Positions 36,494 through 45,185 are shown, counted from the first letter of the stretch. The stretch: 64,000 nucleotides of DNA from a virus (IMGVR_UViG_3300035396_000446:35006-99005); one strand, 5' to 3'. Notes: generated by a model not told the origin, from the sequence alone. Made by a program: numbers and translations.

Positions 36494-36763
36494 TTAGTAA
36501 GTACATTCATAGCAACAATATTTCTTCCAGTCATCTCTCAACATTTTCTTTCGTTTAACTTTAACGCCACATTTACAGACATCAGATTCTGGCAGACATA
36601 CATGATGTAGTTCATCTATACCAATACAGTCAATATACATTTCAATATCAGAATAATCAGTTTTAGAATCTTTTTCGTCAAATGCTTCTTGTGTCATTTC
36701 TTCAGTTTCTTTTATTAGTTTCTCGATGAATTTCAAATCTTTTGAAGTCATTTTGTTACCCAT
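36494..36763 (-). CDS. small Cys-rich protein
   Basis: 89 aa with CKCGVKVKRKK...CCYEC. Confidence 0.35.
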   Translation of the reverse strand: MGNKMTSKDLKFIEKLIKETEEMTQEAFDEKDSKTDYSDIEMYIDCIGIDELHHVCLPESDVCKCGVKVKRKKMLRDDWKKYCCYECTY

Positions 36764-36768
36764 ACCTA

Positions 36769-36845
36769 TATTATATCATGAATTTTTGTAGAAACATTTG
36801 CTTTAAATTCTGCCGATATTCTACCATGATTCAAATAGAATGTCA
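36769..36845 (-). promoter_or_regulatory. tandem sigma70-type promoters upstream of the gene at 36763
   Basis: Distal: TTGACA (plus 36840-36845), 17-nt spacer, TAGAAT (36817-36822) with TGg. Proximal: extended -10 TGATATAAT (TATAAT at plus 36769-36774). Confidence 0.45.
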
Positions 36846-36850
36846 AGTAT

Positions 36851-37423
36851 TTATGGGTTATAATTATAGCAACCTTGACAATCGCCGGTGCCTTCGTTAG
36901 ACTTATGAGTAGGACATTTTTTGCATGTCCAAGGGATATGGTCTACAGGCATCTGATAATTATAGAATGGAACATCAATTGGAGTGTATGTCCAGTCAAC
37001 CTTAGTTTGCTTGTATGCTTTGTTATCTTCAATAATCTGATTTAATTTCTGTTCAATGGAATCAAACCTTTTATCAAGAGCATCCATGCGTTCTTTAATT
37101 TGTTCTTCTACTGTTTTAATAGTACCAAATTCGTTTGTGAGGATTGTTTTAGTTGCAGGCTCTTTACTTTTTTCAGATAACTGTGGATAGTCATCAAATT
37201 GAGGTTCTATGTTTCTATCATCTAATTCAAATGCTTTTTTGATGGAATTGATATGCTTTTCGTATTTACCTGTATTTTCTGAAAACTTTTCTAGCTCCTT
37301 TTCATATTCACATGCAATCCATTCATAACCACAGTTAGTACAAGAACATAGATTTCTATCATCTTTAGTATAATTCACTAATGTTTTAGTGAATGAGTCA
37401 TTTTTACATCTTGGACATTTCAT
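36851..37423 (-). CDS. zinc-ribbon protein
   Basis: 190 aa; N-terminal CPRCKN...CSCTNCGYEW and C-terminal CKKCPTHKSNEGTGDCQGC. Confidence 0.4.
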   Translation of the reverse strand: MKCPRCKNDSFTKTLVNYTKDDRNLCSCTNCGYEWIACEYEKELEKFSENTGKYEKHINSIKKAFELDDRNIEPQFDDYPQLSEKSKEPATKTILTNEFGTIKTVEEQIKERMDALDKRFDSIEQKLNQIIEDNKAYKQTKVDWTYTPIDVPFYNYQMPVDHIPWTCKKCPTHKSNEGTGDCQGCYNYNP

Positions 37424-37426
37424 TTG

Positions 37427-37633
37427 TTAATCCTTTTTAATTTTCTCATATGTAATCTCATTCATGTCGCATCCATAAACTTGAAAACAAATATTGTTAT
37501 CTTCACTCAAATAAACATCATAACCTTGCCTAACAAGTGCTACAATAAGTTGGTTTGTATATTTCTCATCTAATATTTTAATTTTTAATTCAAATTGTTT
37601 ATCATTCATTTTTATTCCCATCTCCTTTTGCAT
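37427..37633 (-). CDS. hypothetical small protein
   Basis: 68-aa ORF. Confidence 0.3.
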   Translation of the reverse strand: MQKEMGIKMNDKQFELKIKILDEKYTNQLIVALVRQGYDVYLSEDNNICFQVYGCDMNEITYEKIKKD

Positions 37634-37995
37634 TCTTCTGGTCTTATTTGTTTAAGATGTGGTATTTCTTTTTTGAGAAATTCTGCTTCTTTCTCGAAGT
37701 ATTCATCAGACAATCCATTCGTTCTAAGATACTCTGCCGCGTGCCCAAAATCTGTTAGTATCTTTTTTACTACATCAACTTTTGATAAAATATTAGGCAG
37801 TTCTGTCATAAATTGTTGACTATCTACAAGTAAATTGTGCTTTTTAATTTCGCATGATAGACAGGTTGATGCTCGTTTATCTCCTATAAACTCAGAACCA
37901 CATTCTACACATTTATTGTGGTAAGAACCTGTTGCAAATGCACCTAGTTTAAAATTGGAAACCGAGCCACCTATGTTATAAATTATTTCTTTCAT
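37612..37995 (-). CDS. zinc-ribbon protein
   Basis: 127 aa with CVECGSEF...CLSCE. Confidence 0.35.
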   Translation of the reverse strand: MKEIIYNIGGSVSNFKLGAFATGSYHNKCVECGSEFIGDKRASTCLSCEIKKHNLLVDSQQFMTELPNILSKVDVVKKILTDFGHAAEYLRTNGLSDEYFEKEAEFLKKEIPHLKQIRPEECKRRWE

Positions 37996-37996
37996 T

Positions 37997-38194
37997 TTAT
38001 TCTATCCTTTTACAATTCAATTTATCTCTAAGAAATATTTCTAACTCTGCCAATTTCCAACGAATATTTTCAAATAATCTTGTGTTGATAAGAGTGAAAC
38101 TTGCAACATACAGAGCATAATCTAATAGTGTTACAATCCCACCAACCCAATCAAATATAAAATCTATAAATCTGCTAAGCAATTTTTTATTCAT
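37997..38194 (-). CDS. hypothetical small protein
   Basis: 65-aa ORF with a hydrophobic segment. Confidence 0.3.
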   Translation of the reverse strand: MNKKLLSRFIDFIFDWVGGIVTLLDYALYVASFTLINTRLFENIRWKLAELEIFLRDKLNCKRIE

Positions 38195-38378
38195 TTTGAA
38201 TCCTCATGATTATTTCAGTCTTTTTCTTAGAAAAGAAATGCATTATTTTAAAATCAAAAAATGGTCGATATAACGTAAATGTTAAAACGCCCATCAGTTC
38301 ACAAAATAAACTTACCCAGGTAACAGCCCAATCTATTAATAGTAATTGTAATCTATCTTTCATGGTTTCCACCCACAA
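38187..38378 (-). CDS. small membrane protein
   Basis: 63-aa ORF with a TM-like core. Confidence 0.3.
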   Translation of the reverse strand: MWVETMKDRLQLLLIDWAVTWVSLFCELMGVLTFTLYRPFFDFKIMHFFSKKKTEIIMRIQNE

Positions 38379-38635
38379 TATACACAGGTTGGTTTGCTAC
38401 CATCAGTTGGATATACCATATTGTGATCACATTTTTTATCAGATATATTATTTCTGATATTAGAAAAGGAGAATAGTATTTCTTCTCTCTTTCTACTCAT
38501 TTCAAGTGCTTGTCTTAATCGTCTCTTTTCAGCATTTGCTTTTTTAAAAAGTCTTTTGTATTTTTTATTTGTATCCACTAAATTTATAACTGCACTATGA
38601 ATTTTATTTAATCTGTCATCTATTTTTTCACTCAT
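38360..38635 (-). CDS. hypothetical protein with C-terminal zinc ribbon
   Basis: 91 aa ending CDHN...CVYCGWKP. Confidence 0.35.
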   Translation of the reverse strand: MSEKIDDRLNKIHSAVINLVDTNKKYKRLFKKANAEKRRLRQALEMSRKREEILFSFSNIRNNISDKKCDHNMVYPTDGSKPTCVYCGWKP

Positions 38636-38638
38636 AAT

Positions 38639-38950
38639 TCAATCCAAGTATTTATTATTTTTCTTAATAACTTTCTCAGTCTTTGTCATATCTTTTTTTA
38701 GTTTATCTGCGAAGGCATATTCTTCTTTTGAAACTAATCGTTCTTTTGCAGGATAACCAAAGATTTTATTTTCAGGTTTTTCATTTTCAATGTATTCATC
38801 TATGTATTGAAATGCTTTTTCCAATGTTTGTCTAAATACTGGGAGATTACGAAAATTATTAACTACATCTACCATATTAAACCACATGAAAAATATTCTC
38901 TTCTGTGGGTAATACATATTATCAACTCTTACTACTCGATATTTTTTCAT
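38639..38950 (-). CDS. hypothetical protein
   Basis: 103-aa ORF. Start context AAAGGACAAACAAATG, directly downstream of a consensus promoter. Confidence 0.4.
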   Translation of the reverse strand: MKKYRVVRVDNMYYPQKRIFFMWFNMVDVVNNFRNLPVFRQTLEKAFQYIDEYIENEKPENKIFGYPAKERLVSKEEYAFADKLKKDMTKTEKVIKKNNKYLD

Positions 38951-38973
38951 TTGTTTGTCCTTTCGATTGGCAT

Positions 38974-39002
38974 ATTATATCATGGTTCTTTAGGTGTGTC
39001 AA
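38974..39002 (-). promoter_or_regulatory. sigma70-type consensus promoter TTGACA-N17-TATAAT (extended -10 TGaTATAAT)
   Basis: Minus strand: TTGACA (plus 38997-39002), 17-nt spacer ending CATGA, TATAAT (plus 38974-38979), then a roughly 17-nt leader to the AAGGA RBS. Confidence 0.55.
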
Positions 39003-39018
39003 ATGCTTTAAATTTCTA

Positions 39019-39423
39019 TTAATAATGAATAGAATCATCTATAATAGAAAATAATAAAGCGACACCAAATATAGTTATTTCACATATAACAAATAATCTC
39101 AACCAAAAGAAAGATGACAAACTCATTATTTTATCTAAAGGAATTAATAAATATTTATTATCCCAGTATAGGAAAGCACTAAATCCATAGTATAAAAATC
39201 CAAATAATATTGCTAATATAATTAGTACAGGAAAAACCCAAAGAAATTTGATAGCAAATGCTATGTGAGGGTGTTTACCCCATAAGGGTTCTCTAAGAAA
39301 TTCTTTATTCATTTTAAAAACTCCCATTCTGTACCATGTAAATAGGTGCAATAGCAATAAGTTCACACCATGACCAAGCATCTTCATGCCCGCCATTAAA
39401 GAAGAAATTGTAAATATATACAA
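39019..39423 (-). CDS. membrane protein
   Basis: 134 aa with several hydrophobic helices. Confidence 0.4.
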   Translation of the reverse strand: MYIFTISSLMAGMKMLGHGVNLLLLHLFTWYRMGVFKMNKEFLREPLWGKHPHIAFAIKFLWVFPVLIILAILFGFLYYGFSAFLYWDNKYLLIPLDKIMSLSSFFWLRLFVICEITIFGVALLFSIIDDSIHY

Positions 39424-39662
39424 TCGGTAGAACTATTGGTAGAAGTGCTATTAGGAATAATCCTAAGATTCTAATTAATGTTTTTTTCATTTTTCTTTCC
39501 TTTTTTCTGGTTCCTTTTCAATAACTGGTGTATTTGTTTTTGGATTTTCTTTAATCATTTTTGAGAATTCCTTGGCATCCTTTGTGCTATGCCATTCTGA
39601 ACTCACACTCTCAAAACACGATGGGCATATATAACTACAATCTACTTCACATGTTGGACATC

Positions 39663-40004
39663 TCATTTTTGTTTCCTTATTTTATTCAATTCAAATATAT
39701 CAATACCTTCTGAATCTGTTTTACCATTTACTGTAAACAAAACATAACCATTTGACACTGCCAGAATCCTATATTCTTCAACTTTATAGTTCGTATCAAA
39801 TGGATTCTCTGATGGTGAAGTCATATACACTTCACCAACTCTTGGTATTTTATCTTTTATACCAAATGCTACTGATAAAGTTATCAATATAAATCCGAAT
39901 ACTAATAATGCCGCTTGTGCTGCTGAAGTTAATAAACCACATCCTGTTAGGTATAAAGTGAATATAATAATAATTGTTGCAAGTATTAAAAATAATGTAC
40001 TCAT
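39663..40004 (-). CDS. membrane protein
   Basis: 113 aa; N-terminal two TM helices. Confidence 0.4.
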   Translation of the reverse strand: MSTLFLILATIIIIFTLYLTGCGLLTSAAQAALLVFGFILITLSVAFGIKDKIPRVGEVYMTSPSENPFDTNYKVEEYRILAVSNGYVLFTVNGKTDSEGIDIFELNKIRKQK

Positions 40005-40005
40005 T

Positions 40006-40269
40006 CTAAACTTCCCTTGTTATAAATTCTCGTAAATCTTTAATAGCATTATAGATTCTCTCTACATCACCTTCGATGAATTTAATATCCGATCTTAGAG
40101 ATAATATTCTTTTCACATCTTCCAATTCTGGAAAATATTTGTTTGCTTCGTCTATTCTTATAAGAGTGAATTCTGGAACCCATCTTTCACCGTTGATTAT
40201 AACAGATGTTTCTTTTTTATCTTCCGAAGCCCATATTGGTGTTGCCATTTTTAGTTCCCATTCAAACAA
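40006..40269 (-). CDS. hypothetical protein
   Basis: 87-aa ORF. Confidence 0.35.
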   Translation of the reverse strand: MFEWELKMATPIWASEDKKETSVIINGERWVPEFTLIRIDEANKYFPELEDVKRILSLRSDIKFIEGDVERIYNAIKDLREFITREV

Positions 40270-40544
40270 TCAACCGCAACAATATACATTCTTGCATATT
40301 TTTGAATGTCATTATATATTTCAGATTTTCCAATTTCTACGATTTTTTGTAATTGTTTTTCAACTTCTCTTAATCTCATTATTTCTGTCCACACCCATTC
40401 CTCTTCTACTGCAACATATTCATTTAGTTGTCTGCTTTTAGTGGATTCTTTGAACACATCTATTTCTTCTATTCTAGTTTTGTTTCTGTAGTCTAAATAA
40501 TTCATAAGTTTTCCTTCATTTTGTCTCATCGTCATAATATTCAT
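40251..40544 (-). CDS. hypothetical protein
   Basis: 97-aa ORF. Confidence 0.35.
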   Translation of the reverse strand: MNIMTMRQNEGKLMNYLDYRNKTRIEEIDVFKESTKSRQLNEYVAVEEEWVWTEIMRLREVEKQLQKIVEIGKSEIYNDIQKYARMYIVAVDCLNGN

Positions 40545-40896
40545 AGTCTATACAATCAGCACAAACATCACTTTCAAATAGGATACAATCTAAACACTTG
40601 GCATCATTTTCATTTGGCTTTCCATTCCCTATTCCAAAGTTCTTACCATAGTTATCACTTATACTTCCATCTTCATTAAGATATCCGATGGCAATAAGAG
40701 TCTTTCTTGCTTCTTCTTTTGCTTGTTCTTCTGGAAGGTTTTTGAATCTCTCAATTTCTCTTTTCATCGAGTCTTGTAGTGATTCTTTTGGTTCAAGTAG
40801 ATGTTTGATGTCTTCGTATCTTACCCATTCACCTTCTTCATTTCCAATCATCCCTTCATATACATCATAAAACTCATCAGTATATCTTTTAATCAT
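40516..40896 (-). CDS. hypothetical protein, Cys-rich C-terminus
   Basis: 126 aa ending CLDCILFESDVCADC. Confidence 0.35.
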   Translation of the reverse strand: MIKRYTDEFYDVYEGMIGNEEGEWVRYEDIKHLLEPKESLQDSMKREIERFKNLPEEQAKEEARKTLIAIGYLNEDGSISDNYGKNFGIGNGKPNENDAKCLDCILFESDVCADCIDYEYYDDETK

Positions 40897-41287
40897 TTTT
40901 TACCTCTTTATCAAACAAATAACTAGTTCCGGCATTACCACAAATCGGGCATACAAACCTTACTGCATTTTTTGGTTCTGATAAACGTTCAAGTTTAAAA
41001 GACTCATCGGCTGAAATTTTACCATCGCAATAACCACATCTTACATATTTTGTTTCCAATTCTTTTTGTTCTTTTAACTTTTCTAATATTGGTCCTACAC
41101 CATAATTGTCATATAGTTCTTGATCAGTAAATTTAATTCCGAAACTTGTTCTACAATCTTTAAAATCTCTGTTATAGATAGATTGCCAATAATCTCCACC
41201 ACATCTATATCCAACTTTCCCATCTACAATATCTTGTAATGTAACAGACTTTAAATCATGAATTTCTTTATAAGGAGGGATTATCAT
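40889..41287 (-). CDS. zinc-ribbon protein
   Basis: 132 aa with CGYCDG...CPICG. Confidence 0.35.
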   Translation of the reverse strand: MIIPPYKEIHDLKSVTLQDIVDGKVGYRCGGDYWQSIYNRDFKDCRTSFGIKFTDQELYDNYGVGPILEKLKEQKELETKYVRCGYCDGKISADESFKLERLSEPKNAVRFVCPICGNAGTSYLFDKEVKND

Positions 41288-41672
41288 TTTTCACATCCTT
41301 AATATAACCAAACTCTTTTAGAATTTCTTCCAAACCTTCCGGACTATATCTCTGCCAATCTTCTAATTCAATTTTAAGCAATGAATCTTCCGATTTATAA
41401 GTTCTAATTTTAAAACCGGAACTCCAATCGTCTATGATGTTCTTAATATTGTATAAAAATGAATCAAACTCTTTAATATCAGCACTGCCGAGTTCATCTT
41501 CCAAATTAAATGAAATAGAATCTAAGGCATATGGATTTATTCCACCCCCATCTTCTTTATCATATTCTTTGGAAGCATTCTCTCCGATAGAATAGATTGT
41601 TGCTCCAAACTTTGTTTTCTGAATGAACATATCACCATTGTCTAACCATTTCAATATTTTTTTATTTAACAT
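41268..41672 (-). CDS. hypothetical protein
   Basis: 134-aa ORF. Confidence 0.35.
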   Translation of the reverse strand: MLNKKILKWLDNGDMFIQKTKFGATIYSIGENASKEYDKEDGGGINPYALDSISFNLEDELGSADIKEFDSFLYNIKNIIDDWSSGFKIRTYKSEDSLLKIELEDWQRYSPEGLEEILKEFGYIKDVKNDNPSL

Positions 41673-41683
41673 TTTGTTTCTCC

Positions 41684-41959
41684 TTAGCCCGCGTTAAATG
41701 AAGCGCATATAACAGAATTTTCAATTTGATCTTTTGTGGCTGTTCCAATTAATTCAACATCAACATCTTTTGATCTTCTACACCAACTACTAGCATAATA
41801 GTTACTCCAATCACTGTCTTCCCCATTTTCATTGAATGGAAAATCAGCACCCCCAGGGTGTATTTTCCTAGCATCTTCTTCTGACTTAGCACAAACTACA
41901 GCAGAATCATAAGTATCGTAACCATGTGCTTTACTTTGAGATATTAAGTATAAATTCAT
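41684..41959 (-). CDS. hypothetical protein
   Basis: 91-aa ORF. Confidence 0.35.
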   Translation of the reverse strand: MNLYLISQSKAHGYDTYDSAVVCAKSEEDARKIHPGGADFPFNENGEDSDWSNYYASSWCRRSKDVDVELIGTATKDQIENSVICASFNAG

Positions 41960-41968
41960 TTTTTTCTC

Positions 41969-42526
41969 CTACTTAATTAAATTTCTAAACTCTTCTGCCG
42001 TCTTATATCCCTTGGCATTCACATATCTTAATTGTTCGTAGTTATAACCTCTGATAGGATATATTACTTCTAATTTAGGATTCTTTAATTCTACAGCTGC
42101 GATAACATTTTCAACTTTATCATCTATAAAAATTACTCTATCATAATCATTGATATATTTATTTATAGTGATGTTTTTATCTGGGCCAAAGTACACCACA
42201 TTTTTACTAGGATCAAAGTATTCATTGATATTATATCTTCTACTCTTTTGAGCATATTCAGGCACATCAGTAGCGAATACTAAATCATGTCTAGTAAAAC
42301 ATAATGCTAACATTATTTCAGAATAACATGGAATATATTTGAAATCTTCTGACTTAAAGAATGAAGTAATCATCTCTATCAAGAGGGGTTTTTCTAATCC
42401 ATAATCAAATCTCATAGGATCTGTTGAAATATAAACTTTATAATGTTTCCAACAAAAGTCATGAAATGCTTGGGAGAAATTTAATACTACTCCGTCTAAA
42501 TCTGATACTATTAATGTTTTATTCAT
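41969..42526 (-). CDS. HAD-superfamily phosphatase, 5'(3')-deoxyribonucleotidase-like
   Basis: 185 aa with LIVSDLDGVVLNF (DxDG motif I) and FIDDKVENV (motif IV-like). Confidence 0.6.
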   Translation of the reverse strand: MNKTLIVSDLDGVVLNFSQAFHDFCWKHYKVYISTDPMRFDYGLEKPLLIEMITSFFKSEDFKYIPCYSEIMLALCFTRHDLVFATDVPEYAQKSRRYNINEYFDPSKNVVYFGPDKNITINKYINDYDRVIFIDDKVENVIAAVELKNPKLEVIYPIRGYNYEQLRYVNAKGYKTAEEFRNLIK

Positions 42527-42700
42527 TTGTTAATCCTTTTTTTTATTAGAGTCTCTAACATGTATGGCAAACCAAACAATAGCAGTTAGCCAGCCGAACA
42601 CTGCTTCCCAATTTTCTTTATGAAATGCGTTAATTACATTAAGCATGAGCACGGTTCCAAGAAAGATATAAAATGAGGTAGCTATATTATTATTTTTCAT
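42524..42700 (-). CDS. small membrane protein (58 aa), not in ORF track
   Basis: ATG 42700-42698 with AAAGGACAAACAAATG context. MKNNNIATSFYIFLGTVLMLNVINAFHKENWEAVFGWLTAIVWFAIHVRDSNKKRINK. Stop overlaps the HAD start (ATGA). Confidence 0.35.
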
Positions 42701-42727
42701 TTGTTTGTCCTTAACTTAATTTTGGAT

Positions 42728-42756
42728 ATTATATCATGATAGCGAAATAAAAGCAA
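42728..42756 (-). promoter_or_regulatory. sigma70-type promoter TTGCTT-N17-TATAAT (extended -10 TGaTATAAT)
   Basis: Minus strand: TTGCTT (plus 42751-42756), 17-nt spacer ending CATGA, TATAAT (plus 42728-42733). Near-identical copy at 44700-44728. Confidence 0.55.
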
Positions 42757-42830
42757 GTGTGTATCTCGGTAAAAATAGAATTTTTTTTAGAGGAACGAAT
42801 AGAGGCTTATAACCCCTATTCGTTAGGATA

Positions 42831-43667
42831 TTATTTCGCTAGATTAACAAAAGGGAGAGATCCACCAGGAATCATTGTTCCAGGTAAAGCACCATTCCAT
42901 TTATCAATCGCTTTTTCTTCGAGTTCGATTCTTCGCCATTCAATAAGAGAATTATTAATAGAACTTGACAAAACCTGATTAGCTTTTGCTTCGGCAGAGG
43001 CTTTTACGACAGTTTTCTCTGCTTCCCATTTAGTTTTCTCCAATTCATTCTTTGCTTTATCAGCGTCTTGAATTGCTTGAACCTTATTATTAAGAGCAGT
43101 TACCACGTTTTCAGGAAGTCTAATGGAACCAATATAGTATAGATTATCAACAATAATCCCTTGCGAAGAAAATCTAGTTTGGATTTGTTTTAAAACTTCT
43201 TTAAGTAGGTCAGTTTTACCTTCTCCATATACATATTCTACAGGGTATCTACTTGCTGTATTATTGAAAGCATCTCTTACTGCATTCCTAAGAACAATAT
43301 CCGTCAACTCTTCTACGCCTTTTCTATATTTAGAAAATATAGCTGTAACGTTAGTTGGGTTAATATGGTATTCAATTCCAAGGTCTGTATTAACTGACAT
43401 TCCTTCACTTGTTTGAAAAGTAAAAGATTCGTCGTTAGAAGATCCTTCGTCTTTTCCGGCAGTCCAGACATAGTTTTGTTGATAAGTTGGGAAAATATAG
43501 AGTTCTTCGTTCATACCAATGTAGTAACGTCCTACTCCAAGCTCTATAGAATCAATACCTTTTTGTTGTCCTAGTAGAAATACTTTGATTCCCACGTGTC
43601 CAACAGGTACCCGCTGACATGATAAAATTGTCGCTATAAATAGCACACCTAGTAATATTTTTTTCAT
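42831..43667 (-). CDS. SPFH/band-7 (prohibitin/HflK-like) lipoprotein
   Basis: 278 aa. Signal peptide with lipobox ILSC. SPFH-type start VPVGHVGIKV; coiled-coil ENVVTALNNKVQAIQDADKAKNELEKTKWEAEK. Confidence 0.6.
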   Translation of the reverse strand: MKKILLGVLFIATILSCQRVPVGHVGIKVFLLGQQKGIDSIELGVGRYYIGMNEELYIFPTYQQNYVWTAGKDEGSSNDESFTFQTSEGMSVNTDLGIEYHINPTNVTAIFSKYRKGVEELTDIVLRNAVRDAFNNTASRYPVEYVYGEGKTDLLKEVLKQIQTRFSSQGIIVDNLYYIGSIRLPENVVTALNNKVQAIQDADKAKNELEKTKWEAEKTVVKASAEAKANQVLSSSINNSLIEWRRIELEEKAIDKWNGALPGTMIPGGSLPFVNLAK

Positions 43668-43864
43668 TTTTTTTCCTTATTTGTTAGTTTTTTGATTTGA
43701 ATTATAGTTAGTTTGACAAGAATCGGAAGACTCCCTAAACCAAGTATAATACCAACTATTACCAGCTCATTATTCTTCGCAGATATAAGATATGGTAACG
43801 CTAGTCCGTAGATTACAACCGATACGATTGCAATCGTGATTAATTTGTATATTGTTGTTAGCAT
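43664..43864 (-). CDS. small membrane protein
   Basis: 66 aa, two TM helices; start context AAAGGACAAACAAATG. Confidence 0.4.
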   Translation of the reverse strand: MLTTIYKLITIAIVSVVIYGLALPYLISAKNNELVIVGIILGLGSLPILVKLTIIQIKKLTNKEKK

Positions 43865-44211
43865 TTGTTTGTCCTTTTTTGTATGATGTTAAATATTAAG
43901 ACTTCTGAAATTATAAGTAGTGGTATTATTATCGATAATTTAATCCAATCATTTGTTATTCCAATACTATCTAAAAAGTTACCACCGAAGTGACCCCATG
44001 GATAACCATAAACGCCACCTAGTAAAGCCCATAATGGATAGCAGTATGGTGTTCGCCAGAATGAGATTTTCTTTGGAAATAGTTCTTCTTTCATTCTGAT
44101 CTCCTTATCAGTTATTAGGTTCTGACAAGGACATCCTGGGTCAAAACTTATCTGACATTTTTTACATTTTGCGTAAATCATTTTAATATTCTCCTTGTGT
44201 AATACCACCAT
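43858..44211 (-). CDS. membrane/zinc-ribbon protein
   Basis: 117 aa with CKKCQISFDPGCPC plus a C-terminal TM helix. The true start may be the internal Met at 44181. Confidence 0.35.
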   Translation of the reverse strand: MVVLHKENIKMIYAKCKKCQISFDPGCPCQNLITDKEIRMKEELFPKKISFWRTPYCYPLWALLGGVYGYPWGHFGGNFLDSIGITNDWIKLSIIIPLLIISEVLIFNIIQKRTNKC

Positions 44212-44396
44212 CTTATCGCAGTATAAATGATTCCTAAGTTGCAGAAAACTAAAGCTATTAGTAACTCTCTAGTTGTTTGTAAATCGAAAGCTAATAAAAG
44301 TAAAAAGTATATTATCGCAAAACCTATTGTAATAAACAACATATTCATTTCCTTACGCCCAGATTTGTGGTTCGTTCTTCCAAAGTAGCCATTCAA
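44178..44396 (-). CDS. small membrane protein
   Basis: 72-aa ORF with two TM helices. Confidence 0.35.
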   Translation of the reverse strand: MNGYFGRTNHKSGRKEMNMLFITIGFAIIYFLLLLAFDLQTTRELLIALVFCNLGIIYTAIRWWYYTRRILK

Positions 44397-44667
44397 ATAA
44401 CATATGACCCCATTTTGCTACATGAGCTGCGTGGAGTCTTGCAATTTCTTTTTTATTTTCATCAATTCTACGCTTAATTGTTTGTATGTCTCTTTCCAAA
44501 ATATATGAGTTTTTTGTAAGCAAACTAATTTTTGAATCGTTGTAGAAAATTTCAAACTCAGTAGAAATATAACCTAAACTTAGGAAATTATCAATTTTCC
44601 ACCAGATGGTTCTTTTTGATTTAATATAATTGTAGGCTGGGATTAGTTCTTCTGTCTGTCGTATCAT
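44353..44667 (-). CDS. hypothetical protein
   Basis: 104-aa ORF with an AGGAG RBS, directly downstream of a promoter. Confidence 0.4.
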   Translation of the reverse strand: MIRQTEELIPAYNYIKSKRTIWWKIDNFLSLGYISTEFEIFYNDSKISLLTKNSYILERDIQTIKRRIDENKKEIARLHAAHVAKWGHMLFEWLLWKNEPQIWA

Positions 44668-44699
44668 TTTCTCTCCTAAGCTGAATGTTTAGGGGGGAT

Positions 44700-44728
44700 A
44701 TTATATCATGATATGGAAATAAAAGCAA
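44700..44728 (-). promoter_or_regulatory. sigma70-type promoter TTGCTT-N17-TATAAT (extended -10)
   Basis: Minus strand: TTGCTT (plus 44723-44728), 17-nt spacer ending CATGA, TATAAT (plus 44700-44705). Paralog of the 42728-42756 element. Confidence 0.55.
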
Positions 44729-44734
44729 GAGGCA

Positions 44735-44772
44735 AACAGAATAATTTACATTTTTTTGCAAATTATTCTGTT
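44735..44772. terminator. stem-loop (12-13 bp stem) at operon boundary
   Basis: AACAGAATAATTT-loop-AAATTATTCTGTT between the stop of the gene at 44779 and the promoter at 44700-44728. T-run follows on the plus side. Confidence 0.4.
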
Positions 44773-44778
44773 AATTTT

Positions 44779-45153
44779 TTAGAGTTTTTTGTAGGCTTTT
44801 AGAGCTCGAACTTGTGCATCATGGAATACATAAGCAAGTTCTGGGTAAAAATAAAGTTTGACCTTTTGTTTGCCAAGTTTCCCATAATCTACAGTTCCAA
44901 CAATATTTTTGTGATCAGCAAAATAACCTGAGCATGTGTTATCTTCTGTTCCAATTATGGTTATAATCATCCCTGGCAATTCAATTTTAGAAACAACAAT
45001 GTCTGTCTTGTTTTTGTTTCCTACGTATTCCCAATGGACAACCAGCCCTTCTTTTGTAACGGTTCCTTTTTCTAGGACATTCCACCCAGAGAACAAGTCA
45101 TCTTGGGCAAAAGCCATAGCAAAAAGGACTATTAGCATTATAATTTTTTTCAT
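44779..45153 (-). CDS. secreted/periplasmic hypothetical protein
   Basis: ORF-track start is 45189. The Met at 45153 has an AAGGA RBS and begins the signal peptide MKKIIMLIVLFAMAFAQ, so it is the more likely start. Confidence 0.4.
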   Translation of the reverse strand: MKKIIMLIVLFAMAFAQDDLFSGWNVLEKGTVTKEGLVVHWEYVGNKNKTDIVVSKIELPGMIITIIGTEDNTCSGYFADHKNIVGTVDYGKLGKQKVKLYFYPELAYVFHDAQVRALKAYKKL

Positions 45154-45185
45154 ATTTTTTCCTTTATATTTTTGTTTAACAAAAA

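Noticed and set aside
42780-42850. Possible tRNA or small structured ncRNA in the hairpin-rich intergenic region
   Set aside because: No cloverleaf could be built: there is no 7-bp acceptor stem, the T-loop GTTCRANYC is absent, and the stems found are a simple nested hairpin pair. Recorded under findings as a regulatory structure instead.
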